Shown here: in pieces, positions 10,090 to 18,953 of the stretch
Position numbering within the stretch: position 1 is the stretch's first letter
How the letters are laid out: every line of letters starts with the position of its first letter
Assembly (NCBI GenBank): GCA_023247415.1
Contig: JAHFGN010000001.1
Coordinates: 10,062 to 74,061 of the forward strand
Source: Candidatus Omnitrophota bacterium
Lineage (GTDB): Bacteria; Omnitrophota; Gorgyraeia; 2-01-FULL-45-10; JAHFGN01
Direction of reading: 5' to 3'
Length of the DNA: 64,000 bases
Made by a program: the position numbers and the translations under genes
Notes under the pieces: generated by a model
Database searches by the model: none
Told to the model about the DNA's origin: nothing
The model's input: the letters and a program-made list of their open reading frames with translations, nothing else

Positions 10090-10861
10090 AGCATTGTTAG
10101 AACAAGCCAAAGCAAATCAGATGCCCATCGGCAAGATGCGCGGCATAATGAGAGAATATATCCAGACCCTCATGTTAAAATATCTTTATGCGAGCGTTTG
10201 GGCAGACAGATTCTATTTTCTGGGAGGGACATCTCTAAGGCTGGCCCATGGATTTAAAAGATTCTCCGAGGATTTGGATTTCAACATCGCCAAAGTTGAT
10301 CAACAGGAGTTTGAGAAAGTATCAGAATTCGTGAAAGAGGAATTAAAAAGGGAGAATATCTATTCTGAAGTTTCGTTTGAACATAGAGGAAAACTTTCAT
10401 CGACCACTTTCGTTTTCAAAAATGTTCTGGAATATTACAGAATAATAGATAAGAGGGGAAGCCTCGCGGTTAAATTCGAAGCGAATAGGCCCATCTTTAA
10501 ATTGGAGACAGAATCTGTTACTCTCAGCAGTTTCGGAGAGATTTTTCCAGTCACGATGATGTCCAGGGGCTCTCTATTTGCTGAAAAGATAGACGCCTTG
10601 AGGCATATTAAAAAAGGAAGGCATATCTACGATATTATCATTATGCTTTCTAAAAGATTTCCGATCAGTGAGGACGTATTGAAAGCCAACGGCATTACCG
10701 AAGAGCCCAAAAAAATTATCCTCGAAACCATCGGTGAATTCAGCGCCTCAGAGTTAGAAAGGCTGGCTATCGGGTTGAGGCCCTTTCTTTTTAATGAAGA
10801 GGAATTTAATCTTGTAGTTAACGCTAAAAGGATAGTTAAAGACCTGTTAGACAAATATTAG
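10076..10861 (+). CDS. AbiEii/AbiGii-family nucleotidyltransferase toxin (DUF1814)
   Basis: Motif 'FLGGTSLRLAHGFKRFSEDLDFN' matches the GGT(A/S)L...RxSxDxDF signature of AbiEii. There is a 14-nt overlap with the upstream partner gene. Confidence 0.6.
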   Translation: MLTFEALLEQAKANQMPIGKMRGIMREYIQTLMLKYLYASVWADRFYFLGGTSLRLAHGFKRFSEDLDFNIAKVDQQEFEKVSEFVKEELKRENIYSEVSFEHRGKLSSTTFVFKNVLEYYRIIDKRGSLAVKFEANRPIFKLETESVTLSSFGEIFPVTMMSRGSLFAEKIDALRHIKKGRHIYDIIIMLSKRFPISEDVLKANGITEEPKKIILETIGEFSASELERLAIGLRPFLFNEEEFNLVVNAKRIVKDLLDKY

Positions 10862-10863
10862 AC

Positions 10864-12237
10864 ATGCTGATCGATACGCACTGCCACCTCGACTTCGAGG
10901 ACTTCGATCCTGACAGAGGCGAGGTCATAGCCAGGGCCGAAAAGGCCGGCATAGGATATATAATCAATGTAGGCAGCTCTATTGAGGGAACCACAAGGTC
11001 TTTGGAGCTGGCCAAAGAATACGATATTATATATTCCTCCGTCGGTATCCATCCGCATGACGCCAAGACCGCAACAGACCAAGTAATCTCCTCTTTCGAA
11101 AAACTCGCCGATAATAAGAAGGTTGTTGCTGTCGGCGAGGTAGGGTTGGATTATTATAGAAACCTATCGCCGAAAAATGAGCAGATCAACACATTCAAAA
11201 AATTTATAGTCCTCGCCAAGAAGCTTGGCCTGCCTCTTATTGTACATTCAAGAGATGCCGGGAGCGAAACACTTGACATACTGAAATCTGAATCAGGCGG
11301 CGGTGCCAAAGGCGCCATGCACTGTTTCTCCGGAAATTATACGCTGCTGAAAAGATGCCTCGAGTTAGGATTGTTTATTTCCTTTACCTGCAACCTGACA
11401 TTCAAAAACGCGAAGCCGCTGCAGGCCCTCGCCAAAGAGGTTCCCGTGGAGCGGCTTCTCCTGGAGACTGACGCGCCGTTCCTGGCGCCGGAGGGATTTA
11501 GGGGGAAACGCAACGAACCCGCGCATATAACTTATCTCGTCGAGGAATTGGCGAGGCTCAAGTCGCTGTCAGCCGAAGACATCGGCCGCATCACAACACG
11601 CAATGCCGCAGCCTTGTTCGGCCTGCCGGTCGCGGATGAGGGCAAGGGCAAGGCGGCATATCCGATAAGGGACTCGCTCTACCTCAATATAACAAACAGG
11701 TGCACTGATAATTGCGAGTTCTGTGTGAGGAACTTCACGGATTTCGTCAAAGGTCACAATTTGAGGCTGGCCGGAGAGCCTGCTGTCGAAGACATTTTGA
11801 GAGAGCTAAAGGCAGCCGATAAATATAAAGAGGTCGTATTCTGCGGTTATGGAGAGCCGACTCTGCGGCTCGATGTGATCAAGGCGGTCGCTGGAGAGTT
11901 GAAGAAGAGGGCTATTCCGACGCGGCTTGTCACAAACGGCCACGGCGATCTCATAAACGGCCGTCCTATCGCAGGCGAGCTGAAAGGTCTCGTCGATAAG
12001 GTCTCGGTAAGCCTTCATGTTGATTCAAAGGAGAAGTATAATAAGATATGCCGCCCCAGCTTCGGACCGGATACTTACGATGCTGTCCTGAAATTCGCCA
12101 AGGATTGCGCGGCCAACGGCATCGCGACAGAAGCGACATGCCTCGATCTGCCGGAGACAGACATTGAAAAATGTCGAGCGATCGCCAGGGATATTGGCGC
12201 GACTTTCAGAGAACGGAAATATGGCGCAGCTGGGTGA
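10864..12237 (+). CDS. TatD-family hydrolase fused to a TatD-associated radical SAM domain
   Basis: N-terminus 'LIDTHCHLDFEDF...LLETDAPFLAP' is TatD. The C-terminal half carries 'CTDNCEFC' (CxxxCxxC) and 'GYGEPTL', which is a radical SAM core. Confidence 0.75.
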   Translation: MLIDTHCHLDFEDFDPDRGEVIARAEKAGIGYIINVGSSIEGTTRSLELAKEYDIIYSSVGIHPHDAKTATDQVISSFEKLADNKKVVAVGEVGLDYYRNLSPKNEQINTFKKFIVLAKKLGLPLIVHSRDAGSETLDILKSESGGGAKGAMHCFSGNYTLLKRCLELGLFISFTCNLTFKNAKPLQALAKEVPVERLLLETDAPFLAPEGFRGKRNEPAHITYLVEELARLKSLSAEDIGRITTRNAAALFGLPVADEGKGKAAYPIRDSLYLNITNRCTDNCEFCVRNFTDFVKGHNLRLAGEPAVEDILRELKAADKYKEVVFCGYGEPTLRLDVIKAVAGELKKRAIPTRLVTNGHGDLINGRPIAGELKGLVDKVSVSLHVDSKEKYNKICRPSFGPDTYDAVLKFAKDCAANGIATEATCLDLPETDIEKCRAIARDIGATFRERKYGAAG

Positions 12238-12242
12238 GATTG

Positions 12243-12343
12243 CCCCTCACCCTTTTTCCCTCTCCCCGAAAGGCGAGAGAGGGTAGCCGTAGGGCAGACT
12301 TAAGTCTGCCCTACGGTCATGGGGAGAGGGTAGGGTGAGGGGG
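12243..12343. repeat. Palindromic repeat family 'PAL' copy 1 (ccctcaccc...ctctcccc / ccgtagggcagacttaagtctgccctacgg / ggggagagggtagggtgaggg)
   Basis: It has a perfect 30-bp core palindrome flanked by inverted C-rich and G-rich arms. It lies downstream of the TatD-rSAM gene. Confidence 0.7.
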
Positions 12344-12360
12344 CAAGAGTGCGGGACTAA

Positions 12361-13443
12361 ATGGGTAAGCGATTAGAAAAAATCAGGGAGCTCGCGAAGA
12401 AAGACAGTATATACATACTGCTCCTTGCGTTCATAATAGTTTTCAACGTCCTCGCCGCGGTTTCGAGCATGCCGGCGGATAAGGCGAAGGCAAGAAAAGA
12501 CTCGCAGGCGCTTTTGGCGAAGCGCGAGGCGATCGATAAGACGGATGAGCTCATGCTGCGCCGTGAAGAAGTTGAAAAGGCGTTCGCGAAGAAGCCGCTT
12601 CTTTCTTTGGCGCTGAATCTAACAAGCCTGGCGTTCCTTCTCATTGTTGCTCTGGGATTTTTGTTAGACGGCGCGCTTCTTGCTTTTAGATTTAAAGGAA
12701 GGACATTCGACATAAGCACGTATAGGCACGGCCGCGTTGGATGGTCTATCGCGGACGTGGCGAGGGTGGCCATATTATTCTTATTCTTCGCGTATCTTAT
12801 GGTTATAATAGATGCCTTCCTTTATCGGATATTGCCCGTCTTAAAGAATGACAATTTCAGGATGATGTTCAACTCCTCGATATCAGATTGTATCGCCGCG
12901 ATGTTTGTGGTATACTTCGCTGTTTACAAAAATCGCGCGGGCTTGATTGAGCTTGGACTCACCTTAAAGAATCTCTTCCGGAATATATTTTATGGGATCG
13001 CCGGTTATATCGCGGCTGTGCCCGTTTTTTTAATCGCGGCATTTTTGGTCCTTATCGCGGTTAAGCTCGTTGGGTACGCGCCGCGGAAACAGCCGGTTGT
13101 CGAACTATTCATGAGGGAGGGGAATCCCGCGTTCCTGGTATTTTCGAGCCTGTTCACGTCGATATTCGGGCCCGTGATAGAGGAGTTGTTTTTCAGGGGA
13201 TTTATGTATAACGCGGTGAAGAAGCTGACGGGCATATTCTGGGCAACGATGCTGACAGCGGCGGTTTTCGCCGCGCTCCATACGAATGTAGTCGGATTCC
13301 TTCCGATAATGGTCCTCGGCGTATTATTGGCGCATATGTATGAGAAGACCGGCAGCTTAGTTTCATCCATAACGATTCACATCATCCATAACCTCGCGAT
13401 GGTATATGTCGTATTTTTGGTAAAAGGGATAAAGGCCATATGA
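12361..13443 (+). CDS. CPBP-family (CAAX/Abi) intramembrane metalloprotease
   Basis: It is a multi-TM hydrophobic protein with 'EELFFRGFM', 'FAALH' and 'HIIHN' (CPBP motifs 1-3). The annotated start lies at the edge of a palindromic repeat and the true start may be downstream. Confidence 0.65.
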   Translation: MGKRLEKIRELAKKDSIYILLLAFIIVFNVLAAVSSMPADKAKARKDSQALLAKREAIDKTDELMLRREEVEKAFAKKPLLSLALNLTSLAFLLIVALGFLLDGALLAFRFKGRTFDISTYRHGRVGWSIADVARVAILFLFFAYLMVIIDAFLYRILPVLKNDNFRMMFNSSISDCIAAMFVVYFAVYKNRAGLIELGLTLKNLFRNIFYGIAGYIAAVPVFLIAAFLVLIAVKLVGYAPRKQPVVELFMREGNPAFLVFSSLFTSIFGPVIEELFFRGFMYNAVKKLTGIFWATMLTAAVFAALHTNVVGFLPIMVLGVLLAHMYEKTGSLVSSITIHIIHNLAMVYVVFLVKGIKAI

Positions 13444-14552
13444 GCGCCAAGGTCGCGTTGGTCCGGTGCGAAGATTACGATAGCGCAAAGGTTGAGTCGT
13501 CTGTGAGGCGCGCGGTAGAGCTTTTAGGAGGGCTTGGCGGCCTCATCAAGCCGGGCTCCCGGGTTCTGTTGAAACCGAATCTCCTATCGGCCCGTCTGCC
13601 TGAGGAAGGTGTGGATACGCATCCCGAGGTAGTGAAGGCTGCCGCGCGGCTTGCGAAGGAAGCCGGCGGGCTTATCTGGGTCGGGGATTCGCCCGGAGGT
13701 TACGGGAAGAATATGGATGAGATATTCGAGAAGTCCGGCATGCGAAAAGCGGCCTCTGAAGAAGGCGTGGAACTTGTGAAGTTCAATTCCTCGCGGAGCG
13801 TGAACGGCCTGCCTGTGAGCCGCTATCTCCTGGACGCCGACGCGGTTATATCCATTCCAAAATTCAAGACCCACGGTATCACCACCATAACAGCGGGCGT
13901 AAAGAACATGTTCGGCGCGATCACGGGGATGTTCAAGGCCGGCTGCCATTCTAGAGCCCCGAAAGAAGGGGATTTTGTAAAGATCCTGGCTGAAGTCTAT
14001 TCCGTCGCGAAGCCCGGCCTCACGATTCTGGACGCGGTTGTTTCTATGGAGGGAGACGGCCCCGCGAGCGGGACTTTGAGGAATACGGGATTTATATTGG
14101 CGTCTCTTGACGCGGTCGCCCTTGACGCGGTCGCGGCAAAGATGATAGGATTGGATCCGCTGGCTGTAGCCTCGACAAGGAGCTGTTACGAACGCGGACT
14201 TGGCGAGGCGGACTTGGCGAAGATCGAAATCGTCGGAGACGATATTGGCTCCTTTTCGCTCTCTGACTTCAAACTCCCGCAGACCAAGGCCAAGGTGTTG
14301 AAGATAATTCCGAAGGCTGTCGCGAACAGCGTCGCCTCGCTTGTGAAATTTAGGCCCGTCATAGACGAAGAGGCGTGCAAGAGGTGCAACCTTTGCAAGC
14401 TCTCTTGTCCGGTTGACTGCATTACTATAGAGCGCGACAGGTGCGAGATCGATTACAAGAAGTGCATCAACTGCCTGTGCTGTCACGAGGTCTGTCCTTA
14501 TAGGGCGGTGTATATAAAGCGGAGTATGTTGGCGAAAGTAGTTTGGGGTTAA
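13440..14552 (+). CDS. DUF362-domain protein with C-terminal 2x[4Fe-4S] ferredoxin domain
   Basis: Two CxxCxxCxxxCP clusters near the C-terminus: 'CKRCNLCKLSCP' and 'CINCLCCHEVCP'. Confidence 0.6.
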   Translation: MSAKVALVRCEDYDSAKVESSVRRAVELLGGLGGLIKPGSRVLLKPNLLSARLPEEGVDTHPEVVKAAARLAKEAGGLIWVGDSPGGYGKNMDEIFEKSGMRKAASEEGVELVKFNSSRSVNGLPVSRYLLDADAVISIPKFKTHGITTITAGVKNMFGAITGMFKAGCHSRAPKEGDFVKILAEVYSVAKPGLTILDAVVSMEGDGPASGTLRNTGFILASLDAVALDAVAAKMIGLDPLAVASTRSCYERGLGEADLAKIEIVGDDIGSFSLSDFKLPQTKAKVLKIIPKAVANSVASLVKFRPVIDEEACKRCNLCKLSCPVDCITIERDRCEIDYKKCINCLCCHEVCPYRAVYIKRSMLAKVVWG

Positions 14553-14556
14553 CGTA

Positions 14557-14609
14557 TCCCCTCACCCTTTATCCCTCTCCCCTTTAGGGGAGAGGGTAGG
14601 GTGAGGGGG
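14557..14609. repeat. PAL-family copy 2 (arms only, no 30-bp core)
   Basis: 'cccctcaccctttatccctctcccctttaggggagagggtagggtgaggggg'. Confidence 0.65.
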
Positions 14610-14622
14610 AAGAGAGACGAAT

Positions 14623-15657
14623 ATGCCGGTTGAGACGATTAAGTGGGAAGATGGCAGGGTTAAATTGATAGATCAGACGCTCCTGCCGCATAGATTCAAG
14701 TATTTGGTCTGCCGCGATGTAAAGACGCTCTGGAATGCGATAAAGAAACTGCAGGTGCGCGGCGCGCCGGCAATCGGCATAGCCGGGGCGCTCGGCGTGG
14801 TCCTGGGCGTCAAAGATTCTAAGGCGAAGAATCGCGGGGAGTTTATTAGAAAGGTGCGGAAGGCCGCGAAGTATCTTGCCTCATCGCGCCCGACGGCCGT
14901 GAATCTATTCTGGGCGCTCGCGAGGATGGAGCGTGTTGCTGAGAATTGTCAGACTGAGGATGTAAATGTTATAAAGAAGGCCCTCCTGCGCGAGGCGCTT
15001 TTGATGATAGAAGAGGACAAGAAGATATGCCGCTCGATGGCGAAATTCGGCGCGGCGCTGGTTAAAAACGGCGACAGGATACTTACCCACTGCAATGCAG
15101 GAGGGCTTGCCACAGCGGATTACGGGACAGCGCTCGGGGTATTGTTTGAGGCGAAGGCTAAAGGAAAAAAGATCAGGGTATATGTCGACGAGACCCGTCC
15201 GCTCCTTCAAGGCGCGCGGCTTACGACATGGGAACTGATGAGAGAGGGTATCGATGCCACGCTTATTTGCGACAATATGGCAGCGAGCCTGATGGAAAAG
15301 GGCAGGATTGATAAGATATTCGTGGGCGCTGACAGGGTTGTGTCCAATGGGGACTTCGCGAACAAGATAGGGACTTATGGCCTGGCCGTCCTGGCCAGGT
15401 ACCACAAGGTTCCATTCTACGTTGTCGCGCCGATCTCGACATTCGATTTGTTTCTCGCGCGCGGCAGCCAGATACCGGTTGAAGAACGCGGGGCCAACGA
15501 AGTTAGGAAGGTTCTGGGAACGCCTATCGCGCCGAAAGACGTTAAGGTATATAATCCAGCTTTCGATGTGACGCCGGCTAATCTTGTTACGGCGTTTGTA
15601 ACTGAAGTAGGAATATTCCGCAAACCATATGACTTCAAAAATAAAAAATTTAGGTGA
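14623..15657 (+). CDS. mtnA: S-methyl-5-thioribose-1-phosphate isomerase / eIF-2B-family protein
   Basis: 'KWEDGRVKLIDQTLLPHRFKYL...GAPAIGIAGALG' is typical of the MtnA/e2B2 family. Confidence 0.7.
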   Translation: MPVETIKWEDGRVKLIDQTLLPHRFKYLVCRDVKTLWNAIKKLQVRGAPAIGIAGALGVVLGVKDSKAKNRGEFIRKVRKAAKYLASSRPTAVNLFWALARMERVAENCQTEDVNVIKKALLREALLMIEEDKKICRSMAKFGAALVKNGDRILTHCNAGGLATADYGTALGVLFEAKAKGKKIRVYVDETRPLLQGARLTTWELMREGIDATLICDNMAASLMEKGRIDKIFVGADRVVSNGDFANKIGTYGLAVLARYHKVPFYVVAPISTFDLFLARGSQIPVEERGANEVRKVLGTPIAPKDVKVYNPAFDVTPANLVTAFVTEVGIFRKPYDFKNKKFR

Positions 15658-16549
15658 GATAGGTTTAATCGAGCGCCTGACGAAAAGGATTAAACTCGAT
15701 AAGTCGGTCGTCCTGGGCGCTGGCGATGACGCCGCTGTAATCAGGTGGACGAGGGACAGGTATCTTCTATACACATGCGACATGATTATAGAGGATGTCC
15801 ATTTTAGATTAAAGGACGCAGCGCCGTTTCAGATAGGTCGGAAGGCGCTCGCTGTCAACATAAGCGATATCGCGGCCATGGGAGGCGTTCCAAGATACGC
15901 GGTTATCTCCATTGGGATAAATCCGGCCACGCCGGTTTCATTTGTAGATCGCCTGTATAGAGGTATAGAGGCGCTCGCGAAGCGTTTCAAGATAAATATC
16001 GTCGGCGGAGACACGAACTCTTCCCGAAAGCTGGTCATAGATATCTCGCTCCTTGGCGAGGTGGAGAAGGAAAATCTGGTTACCCGTTCCGGCGCGAAGA
16101 GAGGAGATCTCATCCTCATAACAGGGGCGATCGGAGGCTCTATAAAGGGGAGGCATTTAAATTTTATGCCGCGATTGGCAGAATCAAGAAGACTGGTAAA
16201 GAATTTTAAGATAAATTCAATGATCGATGTGTCTGATGGGTTGATCCTGGATCTGGGCCGGATCCTGAAGGCGTCCTCCTGCGGCGCTGTAATCTATGAA
16301 ATGGCTGTCCCTCTTTCGAAAGATGCCAGTTCCTTTGCCAGCGCGATAAAAAACGGCGAGGATTTCGAGCTCCTCTTCACGATGGGCCAGAAAGAGGCGG
16401 CGAGATTCTTCAAGACCGAACTGGCGCGATTCGGGACAGATGTAAGCATGATCGGAGAGGTGGTCGAAAAGCGAAACGGGATCAAGCTGGTAGATGGAAC
16501 CGGCCGGATACGAAATATCAAAGCGAAAGGCTACACGCACTTTGATTAA
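15629..16549 (+). CDS. thiL: Thiamine-monophosphate kinase
   Basis: 'LGEIGLIERL...GDDAAV...CDMIIEDVHF' is the AIR-synthase-related ThiL N-terminus. Confidence 0.75.
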   Translation: MTSKIKNLGEIGLIERLTKRIKLDKSVVLGAGDDAAVIRWTRDRYLLYTCDMIIEDVHFRLKDAAPFQIGRKALAVNISDIAAMGGVPRYAVISIGINPATPVSFVDRLYRGIEALAKRFKINIVGGDTNSSRKLVIDISLLGEVEKENLVTRSGAKRGDLILITGAIGGSIKGRHLNFMPRLAESRRLVKNFKINSMIDVSDGLILDLGRILKASSCGAVIYEMAVPLSKDASSFASAIKNGEDFELLFTMGQKEAARFFKTELARFGTDVSMIGEVVEKRNGIKLVDGTGRIRNIKAKGYTHFD

Positions 16550-16964
16550 GGCTATATCCAGGACTCGAGATGAGACGATCGCGCTTGGGGAGAAGTTGGC
16601 GCGGCGGATGAAAAAAGGGGTTGTCGTCGCGCTGATAGGCGACCTGGGCGCGGGCAAGACCGTGTTGGTTAAGGGCATCGCGAAAGGTTTAGGCGTAACC
16701 GACACAAGATATGTCAACAGCCCATCGTTTGTCATTGTCAAAGAACACAGGGGCAGGATCCCGCTCTATCATTTCGATATATACAGGCTTGAGGGGCCGG
16801 CATCGCTTGAGACTATCGGTTACGACGAATATTTTTACGGAAACGGCGTAACGATCATCGAATGGGCCGATAAGATTAAGGGGCTTCTGCCGAAACGCCA
16901 TATAGAGGTAAGGTTTTCCATCAGGGATGATGGGTCGAGGGAGATTAAAATAAAAGGCCTATGA
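16542..16964 (+). CDS. tsaE: tRNA t6A biosynthesis ATPase TsaE (YjeE)
   Basis: 'GDLGAGKTVLVKGIAKGLG...SPSFVIV...YHFDIYRL'. The likely TTG start overlaps the thiL stop; the ORF track opens further upstream at 16494. Confidence 0.7.
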   Translation: MIKAISRTRDETIALGEKLARRMKKGVVVALIGDLGAGKTVLVKGIAKGLGVTDTRYVNSPSFVIVKEHRGRIPLYHFDIYRLEGPASLETIGYDEYFYGNGVTIIEWADKIKGLLPKRHIEVRFSIRDDGSREIKIKGL

Positions 16965-17599
16965 TAATTTTAGCGATAGATACATCGACAAAATTTTTAA
17001 GTGTGGCGATCACCGATGGTGAAAAGGTCCTATCTTCATATCATCGCCAGGCCCACATGAACCATTCATCGCGGCTCGTGCCGACTATAGGCGCGTGTTT
17101 AAAAAAGGCGCGGTTAAAATTAAAAGACATAGACGGTTTCGCGATAAGCATCGGGCCGGGCTCGTTCACGGGCCTGCGGATCGGCGTAACGACCGTTAAA
17201 ACCTTAGCGTTTATCCTGAAGAAGCCTGTAGTCGCGGTCCCGACTCTCGACGCCATAGCCGAAGGCGCGAAAAGGTTCAAGGGCATAATATGCCCGATCC
17301 TCGACGCCAAGAAAAATAAAGTCTACGCGTGTTTTTATGAATCTGACGGGAAGAAGGTGAAGAGGAGCTCGAAGTATCTGTTGATCGAACCGGACAGACT
17401 TGCGAAAAAGATGAAAAAGTACGATAATATCTTGCGCTTGGGAGATGGGGTGGAGAAAGACTCGAATAATTGGCAGCCGCGGGCGGGTATTGTGGCGGCC
17501 CTTGCCCGCGAGAAGTTCAAGAGGAGGCGATTTTCCAATGTCTTCGATCTCGTCCCCATGTATCTCTATTCGCGGGAATGCGATATAAAAGGACGGTAG
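16961..17599 (+). CDS. tsaB: tRNA t6A biosynthesis protein TsaB (YeaZ)
   Basis: 'ILAIDTST...GPGSFTGLRIGV'. Confidence 0.75.
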   Translation: MIILAIDTSTKFLSVAITDGEKVLSSYHRQAHMNHSSRLVPTIGACLKKARLKLKDIDGFAISIGPGSFTGLRIGVTTVKTLAFILKKPVVAVPTLDAIAEGAKRFKGIICPILDAKKNKVYACFYESDGKKVKRSSKYLLIEPDRLAKKMKKYDNILRLGDGVEKDSNNWQPRAGIVAALAREKFKRRRFSNVFDLVPMYLYSRECDIKGR

Positions 17600-17600
17600 C

Positions 17601-18737
17601 ATGATCAGGCTGGGGCCCGGAAAAGTGAATTACAGGCCTACATGGGCCGAGGTTGACCTGAAGGCCATAAAGTTCAATCTGCGGCAGATCAGGCGGCTCA
17701 TCGGCAAAGGCATCGCTGTCATGCCTGTCGTGAAGGCGAACGCCTACGGGCACGGCATAGTCGAGGTATCGAGCGCGCTCCGAGATGAGGGTGTGGAATA
17801 TCTCGGCGTAGCGACGATAGACGAAGCGCTTCGCCTCAGGGAGCGGCATATCAATATTCCGATACTTATCCTGGGTTCGGTCCTTGAGGAAGAAGCCGAG
17901 ATTGCTATTAAGAATGACATAACCCTGACGCTGGCTGGCTGCGAACTCTTAAAAACGATTTCGAAGGTATGCGGCGACACAGCCAGGAGGGCAAAGGTCC
18001 ATATAAAAGTCGACACAGGCATGGGCAGGATCGGCATCTGGCACGAGGAGGCGCTCGACTTTATCAAAAAGGCGGTTTGCGAAAAGGATGTCATTATAGA
18101 CGGTATCTACACGCATTTCTCGAGCGCGGCGCGGGACGATTTCTTCACGCAGTACCAGATAGACTCTTTCAAGAATCTATTGGAACGGATAGAGAACAAC
18201 GGGATCGAGATCAAGTACAAACATGCAGCGAACAGCATCGCGACAATCGCCATAAAAGACGCGTATTTAAATCTGGTGCGGCCCGGGATCATCATATACG
18301 GCATGTACCCCAAGAAAGGTTTTGAAAAACTTATAAAGTTGAAACCAGCGCTCTCGCTAAAAACCAGGGTTACTTATCTGAAAGATACGCCGGAAGGCAG
18401 GTCCATAAGTTACGGGAGGACTTATATTACCCAGAAACATACCAGGATAGCTACTCTGCCGATCGGCTATGCCGACGGTTATGGCAGGATTCTATCGAAC
18501 AAGGCCGAGGTCCTTATAAGAGGCAAACGCGCCCCTGTCGTTGGAAAAGTCACCATGGACCAAACCATGGTAGACGTCGGAGAAATCCGCGGTGTCAAAG
18601 TCGGCGACGAAGTTGTCCTGATAGGTAAACAGGGTTTCGAGGAGATTCGCACAGAGAATCTCGCCCGCTTAGCCGGCTCAATAGCCTACGAAGTCGTCTG
18701 CTCCATCTCCAACCGCGTCCCCCGCATTTATAAATAG
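17601..18737 (+). CDS. alr: Alanine racemase
   Basis: PLP-site motif 'VVKANAYGHG' and overall length of about 378 aa. Confidence 0.85.
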   Translation: MIRLGPGKVNYRPTWAEVDLKAIKFNLRQIRRLIGKGIAVMPVVKANAYGHGIVEVSSALRDEGVEYLGVATIDEALRLRERHINIPILILGSVLEEEAEIAIKNDITLTLAGCELLKTISKVCGDTARRAKVHIKVDTGMGRIGIWHEEALDFIKKAVCEKDVIIDGIYTHFSSAARDDFFTQYQIDSFKNLLERIENNGIEIKYKHAANSIATIAIKDAYLNLVRPGIIIYGMYPKKGFEKLIKLKPALSLKTRVTYLKDTPEGRSISYGRTYITQKHTRIATLPIGYADGYGRILSNKAEVLIRGKRAPVVGKVTMDQTMVDVGEIRGVKVGDEVVLIGKQGFEEIRTENLARLAGSIAYEVVCSISNRVPRIYK

Positions 18738-18800
18738 GGACGGTTCTGGTTGTAATCTCAGACCTGTCCCTCGTCCAATCCCAGACCTGTCCCCAACCTA

Positions 18801-18862
18801 AAAAGACACTTTCCAGCTTGAGGGTAAGACACTTTCCCGATGCAATTGGAAAGCGTCTCTAA
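18801..18862 (+). repeat. Conserved ~60-bp intergenic element copy A (aaaagacactttccagcttgagg..agacactttcccgat..ttggaaagcgtctctaa)
   Basis: It is near-identical to the element at 57895-57955. It lies downstream of alr and upstream of the promoter of the 18954 giant gene. Confidence 0.6.
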
Positions 18863-18893
18863 GTTAAGGTTTAAAATAGTTGGATTTTGGCAC

Positions 18894-18947
18894 TTGACTA
18901 CGCAAATATATTGGGTATACTAATGTGGTTTAGGGTTAATAAAAAAC
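18894..18947 (+). promoter_or_regulatory. Sigma70-type promoter (TTGACT-16-TATACT) plus conserved leader 'aATGTGGTTTagGGTTAATAAAA' upstream of the 18954 giant gene
   Basis: -35 at 18894-18899 and -10 at 18916-18921. The leader motif is shared with the 22271 and 32114 promoters. Confidence 0.55.
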
Positions 18948-18953
18948 TTGAAG

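Noticed and set aside
13584-14486. 300-aa minus-strand ORF antisense to the DUF362/ferredoxin gene
   Set aside because: It is entirely embedded antisense in a + strand gene with clear motifs. Its composition is Arg/Gly-rich, typical of antisense translation of a GC-rich gene, and it has no recognisable motifs.
14905-15783. 292-aa minus-strand ORF antisense to mtnA/thiL
   Set aside because: It overlaps two well-supported + strand genes and has no motifs.
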